Assembly: GCA_043228905.1 (NCBI GenBank)
Contig: JBHGNT010000020.1
Span: forward strand, 8,990,001-9,054,000
Origin: Azolla caroliniana
Taxonomy: Eukaryota; Plantae; Polypodiophyta
DNA length: 64,000 bases
Direction of reading: 5' to 3'
Shown: piece by piece, positions 40,900-52,627 of the stretch
How the letters are laid out: the number at the start of each line of letters is the position of its first letter
Numbering within the stretch: position 1 is the stretch's first letter
The notes under the pieces: model-generated
Database searches by the model: none
What the model was told of the DNA's origin: nothing
What the model saw: only the letters and a program-made list of their open reading frames with translations
Program-made: the position numbers and the translations under genes

Positions 40900-42600
40900 G
40901 TCCAGACCAAGAGGCTTGGTGAAGATGTCGGCAGTCTGCCGATCCGTCGGAACGTACTGAACTTCGACTTCACCAGAAAGGACACGCTCACGGACGAAAT
41001 GATAGTGCACCTTAATGTGCTTGGTTCGTGCGTGGAAAACGGGGTTTTTCGCGAGCTGGATGCTGTTGAGGTTGTCGCAGTAGATCGTCGTCGGATCTGA
41101 CACCTCCTCTTGCAGGTCCCTAAGCAGTCGTTTCAACCATATGGCTTCGCATGTCGCAACAGCCGCTCCTCGGTACTCAGCTTTGGTGCTCGACAACGCA
41201 ACTGTCGGCTGCTTCTTACTGCTCCACGTGATCGCGGCACTCCCGAGGGAGAACGCGTATCCGGATGTGGACCAGCGATCGGTGGCGTTGCCAGCCCAAT
41301 CAACATCGGTGTAGCCGACTAACTGCGCGGCTGCACCGGTCTGATATAGCAATCCCTGGTCCTTAGTGCCGTTGACATACCGAAGTATGCGTTGCGCACA
41401 CTGGAGGTGCTCCTCGGTAGGTCGCGCCATGAACTGACTGAACACTCCGACCGGATAACTGAGGTCGGGTCTGGTGATGGTCAAGTATATGAGGCTTCCG
41501 ACAATTTGTCGGAACCTCGTCGGGTCGCATACCTTTCCCGTATCAGGATGAAGCTTGACGGTTCTGTCCAAAGGAGTCGAGACGGACTTATAGTCGGCCA
41601 TCCCGAATTTGAAGAGCATACTCAGCACGTAATGACGTTGGCTGATCAATATGCCTTCGGGGGTACAGATCACTTCGATCCCGAGGAAGTAATGAAGGTC
41701 CCCCAGATCCTTCATGTCGAACGATGCCGCAAGCTGGAGCTTCACGCGGTCGATTTCACCTAGGTTGGCGCCGGTGATGACCAAGTCATCAACGTATAGT
41801 AAAATACTAACCGGTCCGAGTCGACCTTTCCGGATGAACAGGGAAGAGTCCGATTTTGACGTGACGAAGCCCATCCGACACAGTTGTTGCGTGATCTTCG
41901 CGTTCCAAGCACGCGGGGCTTGCTTCAGTCCGTAAAGGGACTTCTTCAGTCGGCATACTGCCGAGGAGTTTGTTCCAGAGTGAAATCCGGGGGGTTGTAC
42001 CATGTACACCTGTTCCTCAAGGTCACCTTGCAGGAACGCATTCACCCCTTCACCGCAGCTACTGCGAGCAGAACACGGACGGTCGTCATTTTCGCGACCG
42101 GCGCAAACGTCTCATCGTAGTCGATGCCGTGTTTCTACGCGTAGCCCTTTGCCACTAGTCGAGCCTTATACCGGTTGACCGAGCCATCGGTGTTGTACTT
42201 GACTTTGTACACCCACCTACACCCAATCGGCTTCACACCCTTCGGTGCGTCAACCAAGTCCCAGGTCTCGTTCTCCGCCAATGCGTGCATCTCTTCCTCC
42301 ATTGCGGCACGCCAATTCGCGTCCTTCGCCTCTTCTGCGTAGCTCTCCGGCTCACGCACTTCCGCTATATGGGTCATGTATGCATAATGATGCGCCATGT
42401 ACTCGTTGTATCCGAACCGCAAAACAGGGTTCTTCTGGCGGGTAGATCGGCGTAATCTCACATTAGCCGATGTCAAGGCCTTCTCGTTCGACGCGGTCTT
42501 CACCTTTAAAGACCCGTCACCAGTTCCCTCGGAGCCGGACTCGCGTCGGTCTGACTCATTCTTATCCGTGCCGGAATCTGACACTTCCCTTTCTCTTTGC
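40900..42600 (-). pseudogene. copia RT and RNase H
   Basis: [35 protein letters not shown]; has a stop and a small deletion near 42045. Confidence 0.95.
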
Positions 42601-42604
42601 GCGT

Positions 42605-45600
42605 TGTCACGTTGCTACGCGCGTGCGTGGAGAACAAGGCGGGACTGCTGGGGTCTTGGACAGAGGAATAGGTGAGGAAAGAGAGAGAGAGACGCTCATT
42701 CACGTATAGACAAAGAGGCGCACGGGGACGTGGCACAACAACACAGGAGACACGAGTTGAGAACACTAGAGTATGTATGTAAATATAGGCATGTATTTGT
42801 AAGTATGCAGACGACTCGAACGGTTACAGCCGATCAGGTCGGTGAGGTGGATGCCGACGCCTCATCACCCACGCACACAGGAGAGCAAGATGGAGATTCT
42901 GCCGGAAGTACACAGGCGTTCCACGGAGCAGAATCAGCCTCCTGAGAACATGCGCAAAAGAAAGCTATGGAGAACGATAGAGAGTAAGAGCTCGGTCCCA
43001 GTCCGACAGCACTTCGTTCCTTCTAGCCCCCCCTCTTCTCTCCCATCTCCCTCTCTTTTATAGCTCAAGAAGGGAGGCCGCCTTGCCCATTTACATCACA
43101 TTAATTCTCTGTCCTTTCGGACAAAGATACTCCTCGATTCTCCCTATAGAATATTGCTACCTAGGATCTGACCTTTGTGCCTACCTATCTACTATACGAC
43201 AAGGGACGTGCCCACGTGTAAGGGCCGGTTCACACACACTATACACGGTTTGCGCCTAGGGACGGTTTTCTTCACGACATCCACCCCCACCTAACCGTGC
43301 ATCCACCAGTATGCGCCAAAATTGGGTTCCTACTTGGAGAAAACCGGTCCTTGCTTTTATTCCTCGTTTACCGGTTCATCCTCCGCCTCAGGCTGCTCGT
43401 CGTTGCTGTTCCTATTTCTTAGCCTCGGCTCCCCGTCGTGCCGTTTCTTGAACGCTTTGATCCTTTTCCCCGCTACCGGGATTGCCATTCTCGTACCGTC
43501 GAGCTCCGCGAGATGGTACGTCCCATTGCCGTTGGCGCCTGTTACTACGTAAGGCCCGAACCACCTCCTCGCAAACTTCCGCGTGGCCCTGTGCTGATTG
43601 TTGAGGCTGCTGTCGTAGACTAGCACCCAGTCGCCTTCCTCGATCTTCCTTGGCCTGGCACGGTGTGTTTGGTCGAACCGGGCTTTGTTCCTTATCCTCG
43701 CTACTCGAAGTTTCTCCGCGGCTCGCTCTACGTCCTCTGGCCTCCGCTCGAGCTATCGAATCCACGCCACCAACAGTTCCTCCCGGCTCATCTCATCCCT
43801 CGAGTCCACCGTGGCCCACGAGGAGATCGTTCGCTCTGTTGGCATGATCGGCTTCTGTCCGAACATTAGCTTGGCCGGCATGAACCCGGTTACCGAACTG
43901 TGCGTAGTCCGGTCCGCCCACAAGGCATAAGGTAGCAGCCGTGGCCAATCCCCGACTCGGCCTCCGCACGCCCGTACTAGCGCTTTGACAATTGGCCCGT
44001 GTTCGCGGTCCACCTTCCCATTCGCCTCCGGATTGTACGTTGTGGTGAGCGAAAGTTTAACTCCTAGCCGGTCGAACAGCTCCTCGGCCTCTTCTGTGTC
44101 CAACTCACCACGGTCAGCCACGATCTTCCCTACGCACCCGTATCGGCATACTACGTCCTCAATCAAAAACCGGCACACGGCTGCCATTGTCTTGTTCTGC
44201 AGGGCTCGGCCTTCAACCTGGTTCGTTAGATCTGCAGGGCTCGGCCTTCACCAGATACCGCATCTGTCCTACCCCCATTGGCATCGTCACCAAATCCACC
44301 ATCCATTTGAAGTGGACGGTCGGAGGGTAGGTCGGGTGAAGCTCGTCCCGGTGTCGGAACATGGAGTGCATCTGGCAGCTTTCGCAAATCGTCACGAACC
44401 GATGCACGTCCCGGTAAAGTCCCGACCACTAGTACTTCCCCTTTAGCTTTTCGAACGTGGCCCGCGTTCCACAGTGTCCAGCCCACGGGCTATCGTGGTA
44501 CGCCGCCAGCAAATCCTCCTGTTCCTCCTTCTTCGCCACCACTCCGAGCGGGATGCCGTTCCTCTTCTTCGGGTGCTTCCAGATGTATCCGTCCTGGAGA
44601 AAGAATCGGTAGGCTTTCTTCCGAATCCGGTTGGCCTCGTCCGTTGTCCATGCCGCGTCTGGTGTCATTGTTTTCAGGAACCCGCCGATCTGCAGCCACT
44701 CCCCGTCGTACTTGCTCTCGTCGAAGTCGTTAAGCGTTGGAGAGCATTCCCCGTTGGTTGTCACGTAAGCCTCCTCGAAGAAGTCCACGCCGACTTCCTC
44801 GTCCTCTGAAACCATGCCGCCGTCGTCTTTGAACCTCGCCCTTGAAAGCATGTCGGCCATGGCGTTGTCTTTCCCGAAAATGTGTCGTATTTCCAGATTC
44901 AGGGACTTGATGTACGCTATCCACCTGAGCATTGCTAGGTCCGGCGTCGCGTATCCGGAAACCATGCCAAGAATTGGCAGGCAGTCCATCTCGATAATTA
45001 CCTCTGCCCCGATCATGTAGTCTTTATTGGCCTTTACCGCTGAAACGATACGCCAGAGCTCGCGTTTAACCTGGGCGTATCCGCGCTGTCGCTCGCTGAG
45101 GACCTTCGCGCTCAACAGGATCGGGAAACGCATGCCATCCTCGTCCTCTTGGTTGACGACCCATCCGATCCCGGTCGGACTCGTGTCTACCGTTACGTAA
45201 ATTGGAGTGCTCTTTCTGTAGACAGCCTTTCGGAGCGCCGGAGCCGCGACAAGTGCTTCCTTCATCTTCCGGACAGAATCCGTATGCTCATCTCTCCACT
45301 CGAATCGTCGCCCCTTTTTTAACAACCCGTATAACGGCTCCGCGACGTGAGCATAATGCGGGATTCATATGTGGTAGAACGCGCACGCTCCCAAGAACCT
45401 CCGAACCTCCGTGACCGAGCTGCAGTCGTCCTTCATCGCGGAGATGGCTTCTACCTTAACCGGAGACGGTTTCCGGCCGTACGACCCGCATAGGTGTCCG
45501 ACGACCATGATCTCTGCTTGCCCGAAGGCCGATTTTCCCCCGGAGAAGGTGAGCCTCGCGCCCTCCAACCTCCGTAGCACCTTCTCGCAGTCATCAATGT

Positions 45601-48600
45601 GCGTCGCCACGAATTTCCAGCACCCGTCCGGTCTGATCGTCTCGTCCCTTTCCTCCACCGGGCATCCCTTGATCAGGACGTCGTCCAGAAACGGCATGGT
45701 GATGTCCGGGATACAATCCCTCAGCACCTTGTTCATTGCGTTCACCATGTGAGCCACCGAGTTCGTCCCTCCTTGCGGTAGGGTACACATCCGTACTAGG
45801 CCGAGAGGAGTTCGCATTGTCGTGATGTCTCTGCTCTCTATGGCTAGCTGGAACTGATCGTACCCCGAGTAGAGATCACCGGCCGAGTAAATCGACCTTC
45901 CAGCGAAGGCCTCTGCAAACTCGTCTATTGTCGGTCCGATTCCTGCATTTCGAATGGTCACCTTGTTGACCGGCTGCAGGTCTTGAATAAAGCGCAGGGT
46001 GCCGTCCTTCTTCGGCACGGTAAACCACCGATTCGAGGATTCCCATCTCGACCTTCTGCTTTAACAGCTCCATCAGCTTCGGGATGTGAGCTCTGGGTAC
46101 TGGAATCGGTTTGAGACTCCACGGCACATGCGGTACAGTGAATATCACCATCGGTTCCACGACTGTCGGGTCTACGCACCTGATCTCCTCCGGTGAGAAT
46201 GCGAAAGCCTTCCCGTGCCTTTCGAGCATTTCCCAAAAACGGTCCTCTTTTGCCAGCAGTAGGAAGCCGCCCCCACCGATTTTGAGCTCGCGCAGCGTTA
46301 TGTCGGTGAACGGGTGTCCTATGCGGGCCGGATTTCATAAACTCGGGTCCGACGCAACCCCCTTTATTCACAACTCGCTGCCCTCCGGCAAGGGAGCCGC
46401 GACTGGCCTCACCTTCCAGTCCACAATCTTGTACCTCGTGTCCACCCGGGCCATCCGACCCGACTCGAGCCCTCTACTAAAGTCAGCGATGACTTCGTAC
46501 ATCCTTTCCGAACATACCGGAATCGTCCGATCCTCTTGAAGGACTCCTCCGACTACCTCTCGCAGCTCCCCTAAGGTATCGTCGAAAGAGACCGTCTCCA
46601 CGGCTCCGTTGATTTCCTCTCCAAGGCTGAGGACGCCACATGCCCGAAGTCGCTCCTCCGCCCTTTTCTTCTTCCGTCCAACAACGTCAACTATCGTACA
46701 CCCTCCGTTGTCGGAGGACCAAAATTTCCTACTTATAGTACAGGGTTTCTTCGCTATCTTACACTTGTGGGGTTCTCCCGGAGTGTCCGGACTATCGCGG
46801 CCCCACGCCTTGATAGCCCTCTTCAAAAATCCTCCCGGCTTTCGCTCCCGAGGGTCTCGCGGTTCCTCTCATGGTTCGGTCTCACCGTCAGGAACTGGAC
46901 CAAGTGGCGCCCATCCTGGCTCTTGACCCTCGCATAGGCCGAGCCGTTGTCCAGCACCTTGGTCTCCATTCGTGCTGCCGTGATGTACGGTTCTCCGAGT
47001 ATAACCAAATGTGAGGACGTCTCCTGTACGAAGAACTATTGGTCAATCTCGACATCGCCAATCTTTATTCGTACATTCGGGCAGGCTCCATGCAGTTCCT
47101 CAGTGGCACGCGTTGCTGGCCGTATTTTCCACCCGTGCTTGGTGTTGATCGGCCATTTCCCCTTCTTATAGAAGTCCATGGACATCAAATTGATTTCTGA
47201 ACCGTAGTCCACCAACGCCACCACCGGTTCATGAACATCTTCGATCTTCACGGGGGTCTCCGTGGTCGCTCTGGCCTAGTGCGGCCTCGAATAGTGGCTC
47301 TCCGCCAACTCATCTTCCAGCGCCATGTCCTCTATGTGCGTCGTCCGCACCTCCACCAGCTTCTCCGGTTCTGTCTCCGTCGACAACCTCTTCCTCTTCA
47401 CCAAGTCTACGATGGAGTCGTGGAACTCCTTCTTGACGATCCCGAGCACTTCCCTCAGCGATAACTCCACCTTGCTGTCGAGGATTCGTTCTTCCAGGAC
47501 CTTTCGCAGGTCCGTGGATCTTTCGATTTCTGTGCCCAGCCAGTACCCGCCGTTCTTGGGATTATCCTGGGCGCCGGCTACAACGGCCTCATTCCGTCTT
47601 TGCCTGAATTGAGTTTCATATCACTGCGAGGGCCCGACCCCTCCGGTTTTCTCTACCTGCTTGTCCTCCACCAGAGCCTCGTAGTTTTGACAAGCGGCTT
47701 CGACGAAGCCCGTCTTTTCTTCCACCGGGCCACTCCACCTGGTTACCTCCCGGACCCGTTTTTCCGCGCGGTCCACCTCTTCTTTCCTCAGCCGTGCGCC
47801 GGAGAGGCCTTCCAGCATCGTCGGCCAGAACCCGGCTTTGTTCGTCTTCGGGGCCTCGCCTCCTCCGACCCGAATACCAGCTGACGCCGAGTAGTGGACA
47901 GTCTCCGCGTGACAAGCCGCCGCCTCCTCCATCAGCCTTTTCATACCCCCTCGCCCGACGTTCAGGTTCAGGGCCCTCCGGGTCTCGCTGGCGTGCACCC
48001 GACCGTTCCACAGGTACACCACGTTGCTTCTCATCGCCTCGGCGAAGTCCCCGTAGTCCTTTCGGATGTGCCCAACCGCGTCACACCACATGCACCTATT
48101 TCAGCCAGAGGTCGTCGGTCACGGGCCTGTTCGCCACCATCCCTCCGTGCCTGGAGATCCCTTACCATCCGTGTCAGCTCCTCCAGAGTTGCTCCCCCGG
48201 ACGAGCCCTTGACAACGCCGGTTGAAGCCGACCCGGTCTCGAGCCAATCTCGGGTCTCTTCCCTTCGCGTCGGTGGTGTTGGCTCGAGCTTCTTTGCTGC
48301 GACAGAGCCCGCCCCTGTCGACCCTTTGTCAATCCATTCCCGCCGTTTGTCGAAACGGCCACAGACCCTTTTCACCACGGCCCAGTCGGCTGTCAGCCCG
48401 TCATCAATCTCCAATAGGAGGCCTACCTGCTCCCGATCCTGCTCGTCAACTGACTTAACAAACAATAGGACACGGCTTGTGTCCAGAACGGTCCGATCAA
48501 GCACCGAGAGGCGCGCGAAGCGTTTCTCAAACTCCCGAAGGAGCACTGACGTGTTCCTTCCTTTGTCGGGGGTCTCCACCCACTCCATGAAGTCCTGCTT

Positions 48601-49033
48601 CGAAAGTCAAAGCGCATCTTCAAGCCCGTATCTTTCGAGGAGCCGACCTTTGAACTCCTCCCAGGTCCGGCTCTCGGCCCGTACCTCGAGCACCTCCGTA
48701 TGGATACCCGGCATCGCCACTCGAGGGAATCCGGCTAGACGCCTCTCTTCCGGGATGTCCCTCATTACCATCTCAGCCCGGTAGGACGCCAAGTAGCTCG
48801 TGGCATCCTTTCCACTAAACCAGTCGATCGTACCGACAACCGCCTCGATAGCCCTATCAAGGGCGTCGGTGCCTTCGCGTGCACTCACTATACGGTCTAC
48901 AGCTGAAGCCATGGCCTCTGGAAGGTCCGACCCCCTCATCTTCTACTCCTCTGCCGCCTGTTCACGTCGGGTTCACCAAAGATGTCGCGTTGCTACGCGC
49001 GTGCGTGGAGAACAAGGCGGGAGGAATAGGTGA

Positions 49034-49064
<31 letters not shown>

Positions 49065-49651
49065 TTCTCACTCACGTATAGACAAAGAGGCGCACGGGGA
49101 CGCGGCACAACAACACAAGAGACACGAGTTGAGAACACTAGAGTATGTATGTAAATATAGGCATGTATTTGTAAGTATGCAAACGACTCGAACGGTTACA
49201 GCCGATCAGGTCGGCGAGGTGGATGCCGACGCCTGATCACCCACGCACACAAGAGAGCAAGATGGAGATTCTGCCGGAAGCACACGGGCGTTCCACGGAG
49301 CAGAATCAGCCTCCTGAGAACCTGCGCAAAAGAAAGCTATGGAGAATGACAGAGAAGAAGAGCTCGGTCCCAGTCCGACAGCACTTCGTTCCTTCTAGCC
49401 CCCCCTCTTCTCTCCCGTCTCCCTCTCTTTTATAGCTCAAGGAGGGAGGCCGCCTTGCCCGTTTACATCACATTAATTCTCTGTCCTTTCGGACAAAGAT
49501 ACTCCTCGATTCTCCCTATAGAATATTGCTACCTAGGATCTGACCTTTGTGCCTACCTATCTACTATACGACAAGGGACGTGCCCACGTGTAAGGGCTGG
49601 TTCACACACACTATACACAGTTTGCGCCTGGGGACGGTTTTCTTCACGACA
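42605..49651 (-). mobile_element. Full-length degenerate non-chromoviral Ty3/gypsy element nested in the copia
   Basis: LTRs at 42605-43279 and 48983-49651; TSD GCGT; PBS-Trp at 48961-48978; PPT at 43280-43292; gag, protease (LVDYGSEINLM), RT (LPQGGTNSV, FLDD), RNase H and integrase (ADRGE, PEANG, GPY). Confidence 0.95.
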
Positions 49652-52141
49652 GCGTAAGCCGTCTCCTTGATTTCCTACGCGGGGAGTGCACGGCCGAGTC
49701 TCCACTACTCACCGGCTCTTCATCGGACTGATCGTACCGATTCAATCGCCCAATCGGTCCACTTAAACGGAGTGAAATCGGAGTCTCTTCGCGGGTCTCG
49801 ATTTCGGGCTCATCTTGAGGCATCTCGGCCTGGCTGACCTCATCGTCAGAACACGGATTGGAGTCGGGGGCTGGTACCAGGACGCGGACTCGTCAAACAC
49901 AATGTCGCGGCTAACACGCGCTTGTCTGGTGCGAGGGTTATAGCACTTATAACCCTTCTGCTCGTCCGACTAACCGACCAAGATGCATTTCTCGGCCTTT
50001 TCGTCCAACTTCCTCCTTTTCTCCTTCGGTACATGCACATACGCAATGCTACCGAACACCCTCAAGTGTCGCAAGTTCGGCTTGGTTCCGAAATATAGCT
50101 CGTGCGCCGACACTTTGTCTTCAATCCGGTTCTGGATGTATACCGCGGTCCTTACTGCCTCGGCCCAGTAGAACTTGGGCAAGCTCTTCTCCTCTAGCAT
50201 TGCCCGTGCCGCTTCCACAACTGACCGATTCTTCCTCTCGACCACGCCGTTCTGCTCCGGCGTGTATCTACAACTGAATTCGCGGCGAATTCCCATTTGT
50301 TGTAGGTAACCGTTGAATTGACCGAAAAAGTACTCTTTCCAGCCATCCGACCGCAGGCACTTGATCTTTCGTCCCGTTTCCATTTCCACGAACCCTTTGA
50401 GGTCCTGGAAATAGTCGAAGACTTCGCTCTTCCTCTCAATGAGGTAGATCCACATGTGTCGCGTGTGGTCATCAATGAAGGAGACGAAATATCGGCTCCC
50501 GCCAAGACTAACGTTTTGTGCCGGCCCCCATACATCGAAGTGTATAAGGTCGAGCTTGTTCCAGCTCCGGTTTCGCTCGTTGGGGAAAGGAAGTCGGTGT
50601 TGCTTCCTGAGCTGGCAGGCTTCACAAATTTATGCCTTTCGGCCACTAAATTTGGGCAATCCAAACACTACCTGTTTCGATTGCAGATCTTGAAGCCACT
50701 GGTAGTTGACGTGGCCTATCTGCTTGTGCCACAAGTTGATGTCCGACTCGGACTTTTGTCCCTTCGCGAACATTGCGGTGCCGCCGTCAGTGGAGTCGAG
50801 GATGAACATCCTCCCGTCTCTACGCCCTTGTGCAATCACACGGCCTTCTTCCTCAATGAAGCACCCGAGGTGTGTAAACCGAACCTCCATCCCTTGGTCG
50901 ACGATCTGTCCGACCGAGACCAAGTTCTTCGTAATTGTTGGAACGTGCAGCACGTTCATGAGTTTCCCTTTTTGCCCGACATGGCTAAGGGGAACTTCTC
51001 CGACATTCGCGATCGTATGCGGAGTGTCGTCTCCAGTTGCGACTACTCCAGGTTGTATCAGTTTTTCAAGGTACGAGAACCACTCCTTATGGCTCGTCAT
51101 GTGGTTTGACGCGCCGGAGTCTACGTAGCACACCTCGTCCGATTTCGGGGTGGTCCATCTCATTGAGTTTGCTTCGTGTCTCATCACGAAGGCAGACCCT
51201 TCTCCGGCTCTCCCGGAGTCTTCGACGTAGTGCGATCGTTGCCGATTTCCCTTGTCAGTATGTCCGGAGCCGTTTCCGGAACCGGTTCTCTCCGAATCGG
51301 CGCGCTTCTTCCAGCACTCACTTTCCCTATGGCCTATCTTGCCACAGTACCAGCACTCCACGATGACCTTCCCTTGCCAGTTCTCATCGCTTCGACTCCC
51401 CCTGTTTCCGGAGGGTTCGGAGTTGCTATAGGCATCACTTCGGTGCCTTCTTCCTTGATCTCGTCGGCCGCCTCCATTGCGCGCCGACTCGCCTCGTCCT
51501 CCACGTCCACGGGGCCTATCTCCCTCCGTGTACAACATTTTGTTGTCGGTGTGCGTGCTTGTAGACGCACCCGCGTGGTTCTCCTCTACTAGGAGCATTG
51601 ACTGTAAGTCGAAAAAGGACAGCGTATTCTCCCAGGTACACACAGCCGTTCGGAACGCTCCAAACTTCGACGCCAAACCTCCGAGACAGATTTGGACCAT
51701 CTCACTCTCCTCGATGTTCACCTCTATGGAGGTGAGGGAGTCGCAGATATCCTTGATCTTCGAGGTATAGTCCGCCACTGACAAGTCGCGTTGTCGTAGG
51801 TTGCTCAACTCCTGTCGAAGTTGAAGCTTCCTGGCTGCGGTGCTCGCGGTGAAAATCTTCTTCAGATTTTCCCACGCACCCTTCGACGTCTTTGCATCCT
51901 GAACATAGCTCAATAGTTGTTCGCCCACACACGACGCGAAGCAGTATAATACCCTGCTCGTCGATTGCTCCCACGACGGGAAGTCTCTGTGTGTCGATTC
52001 GGGTGCCGCGTCATTAGCTCCTTCGACATAACTCCAGTAGCCGTGCCCGAGCAGGTACTGGTGCATCTTGTAGGACCAAGACGCATAGTTGGTTCTGTCG
52101 AGCTTCTCTGTTGGAAGCGAGCTCGCCATGCCTCTATCCAT
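49652..52141 (-). pseudogene. copia gag-protease-integrase
   Basis: CWYCGKIGHRESEC zinc knuckle, VDSGASNHMT, LWHKQIGH, CLRSDG, TPEQNGVVERKNR. Confidence 0.95.
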
Positions 52142-52213
52142 CGTTCTTCTTGTTCTTCTTCGTCAAGCTATGTCGGCTGCAGAGAGGTTCTCAACCCTCG
52201 CACTCTGATACCA

Positions 52214-52627
52214 TGAAAAAAAGGTAGCGTGCGGAAGCAAGTATGAAGACCGAACAAAAGGAAGAAAACTCAGGTTTAATGGAGAGCTTGAGCTTACGCA
52301 GTATACGCGGGAGAGACAGAGGGAGTGAGAGAGAGAAAACACAAGAACTATATTCAACAAAAACTCACTCTCTATTCACAACTCTCTATACAACATATGT
52401 GTGTTCAATGAACACTTTTATACAAGTCCTAGAAGGACTGACCGAAGTACTGACAGTACTTCAATACTCATTAAGAGCTCCTACACTAACTCCCAAATAT
52501 ATTCCGCACGGAATATCTTTCCTAACGGCCTCCCGGTTTACGCATTCGGCCTAACCGATCGGTCCCAACCGATCCGGTCCTCGGCTTCTTCAACCGATCC
52601 GGCCGATGTTGAGCTTGTCTCTCAACA
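52214..52627 (-). repeat. copia 5' LTR
   Basis: Matches 10917-11330; the PBS-Met is adjacent. Confidence 0.95.

Larger units (their letters stand above)
10917..52627 (-). mobile_element. Ty1/copia element inflated to 41.7 kb by nested insertions
   Basis: 414-bp LTRs at 10917-11330 and 52214-52627 (about 4 mismatches by eye); TSD CTTTC at 10912-10916 and 52628-52632; PBS-Met tggtatcagag next to 52213; PPT at 11331-11343. Confidence 0.95.

Noticed and set aside
50318-51109. 263-aa plus-strand ORF
   Set aside because: Antisense to the copia protease and integrase; no independent motif.
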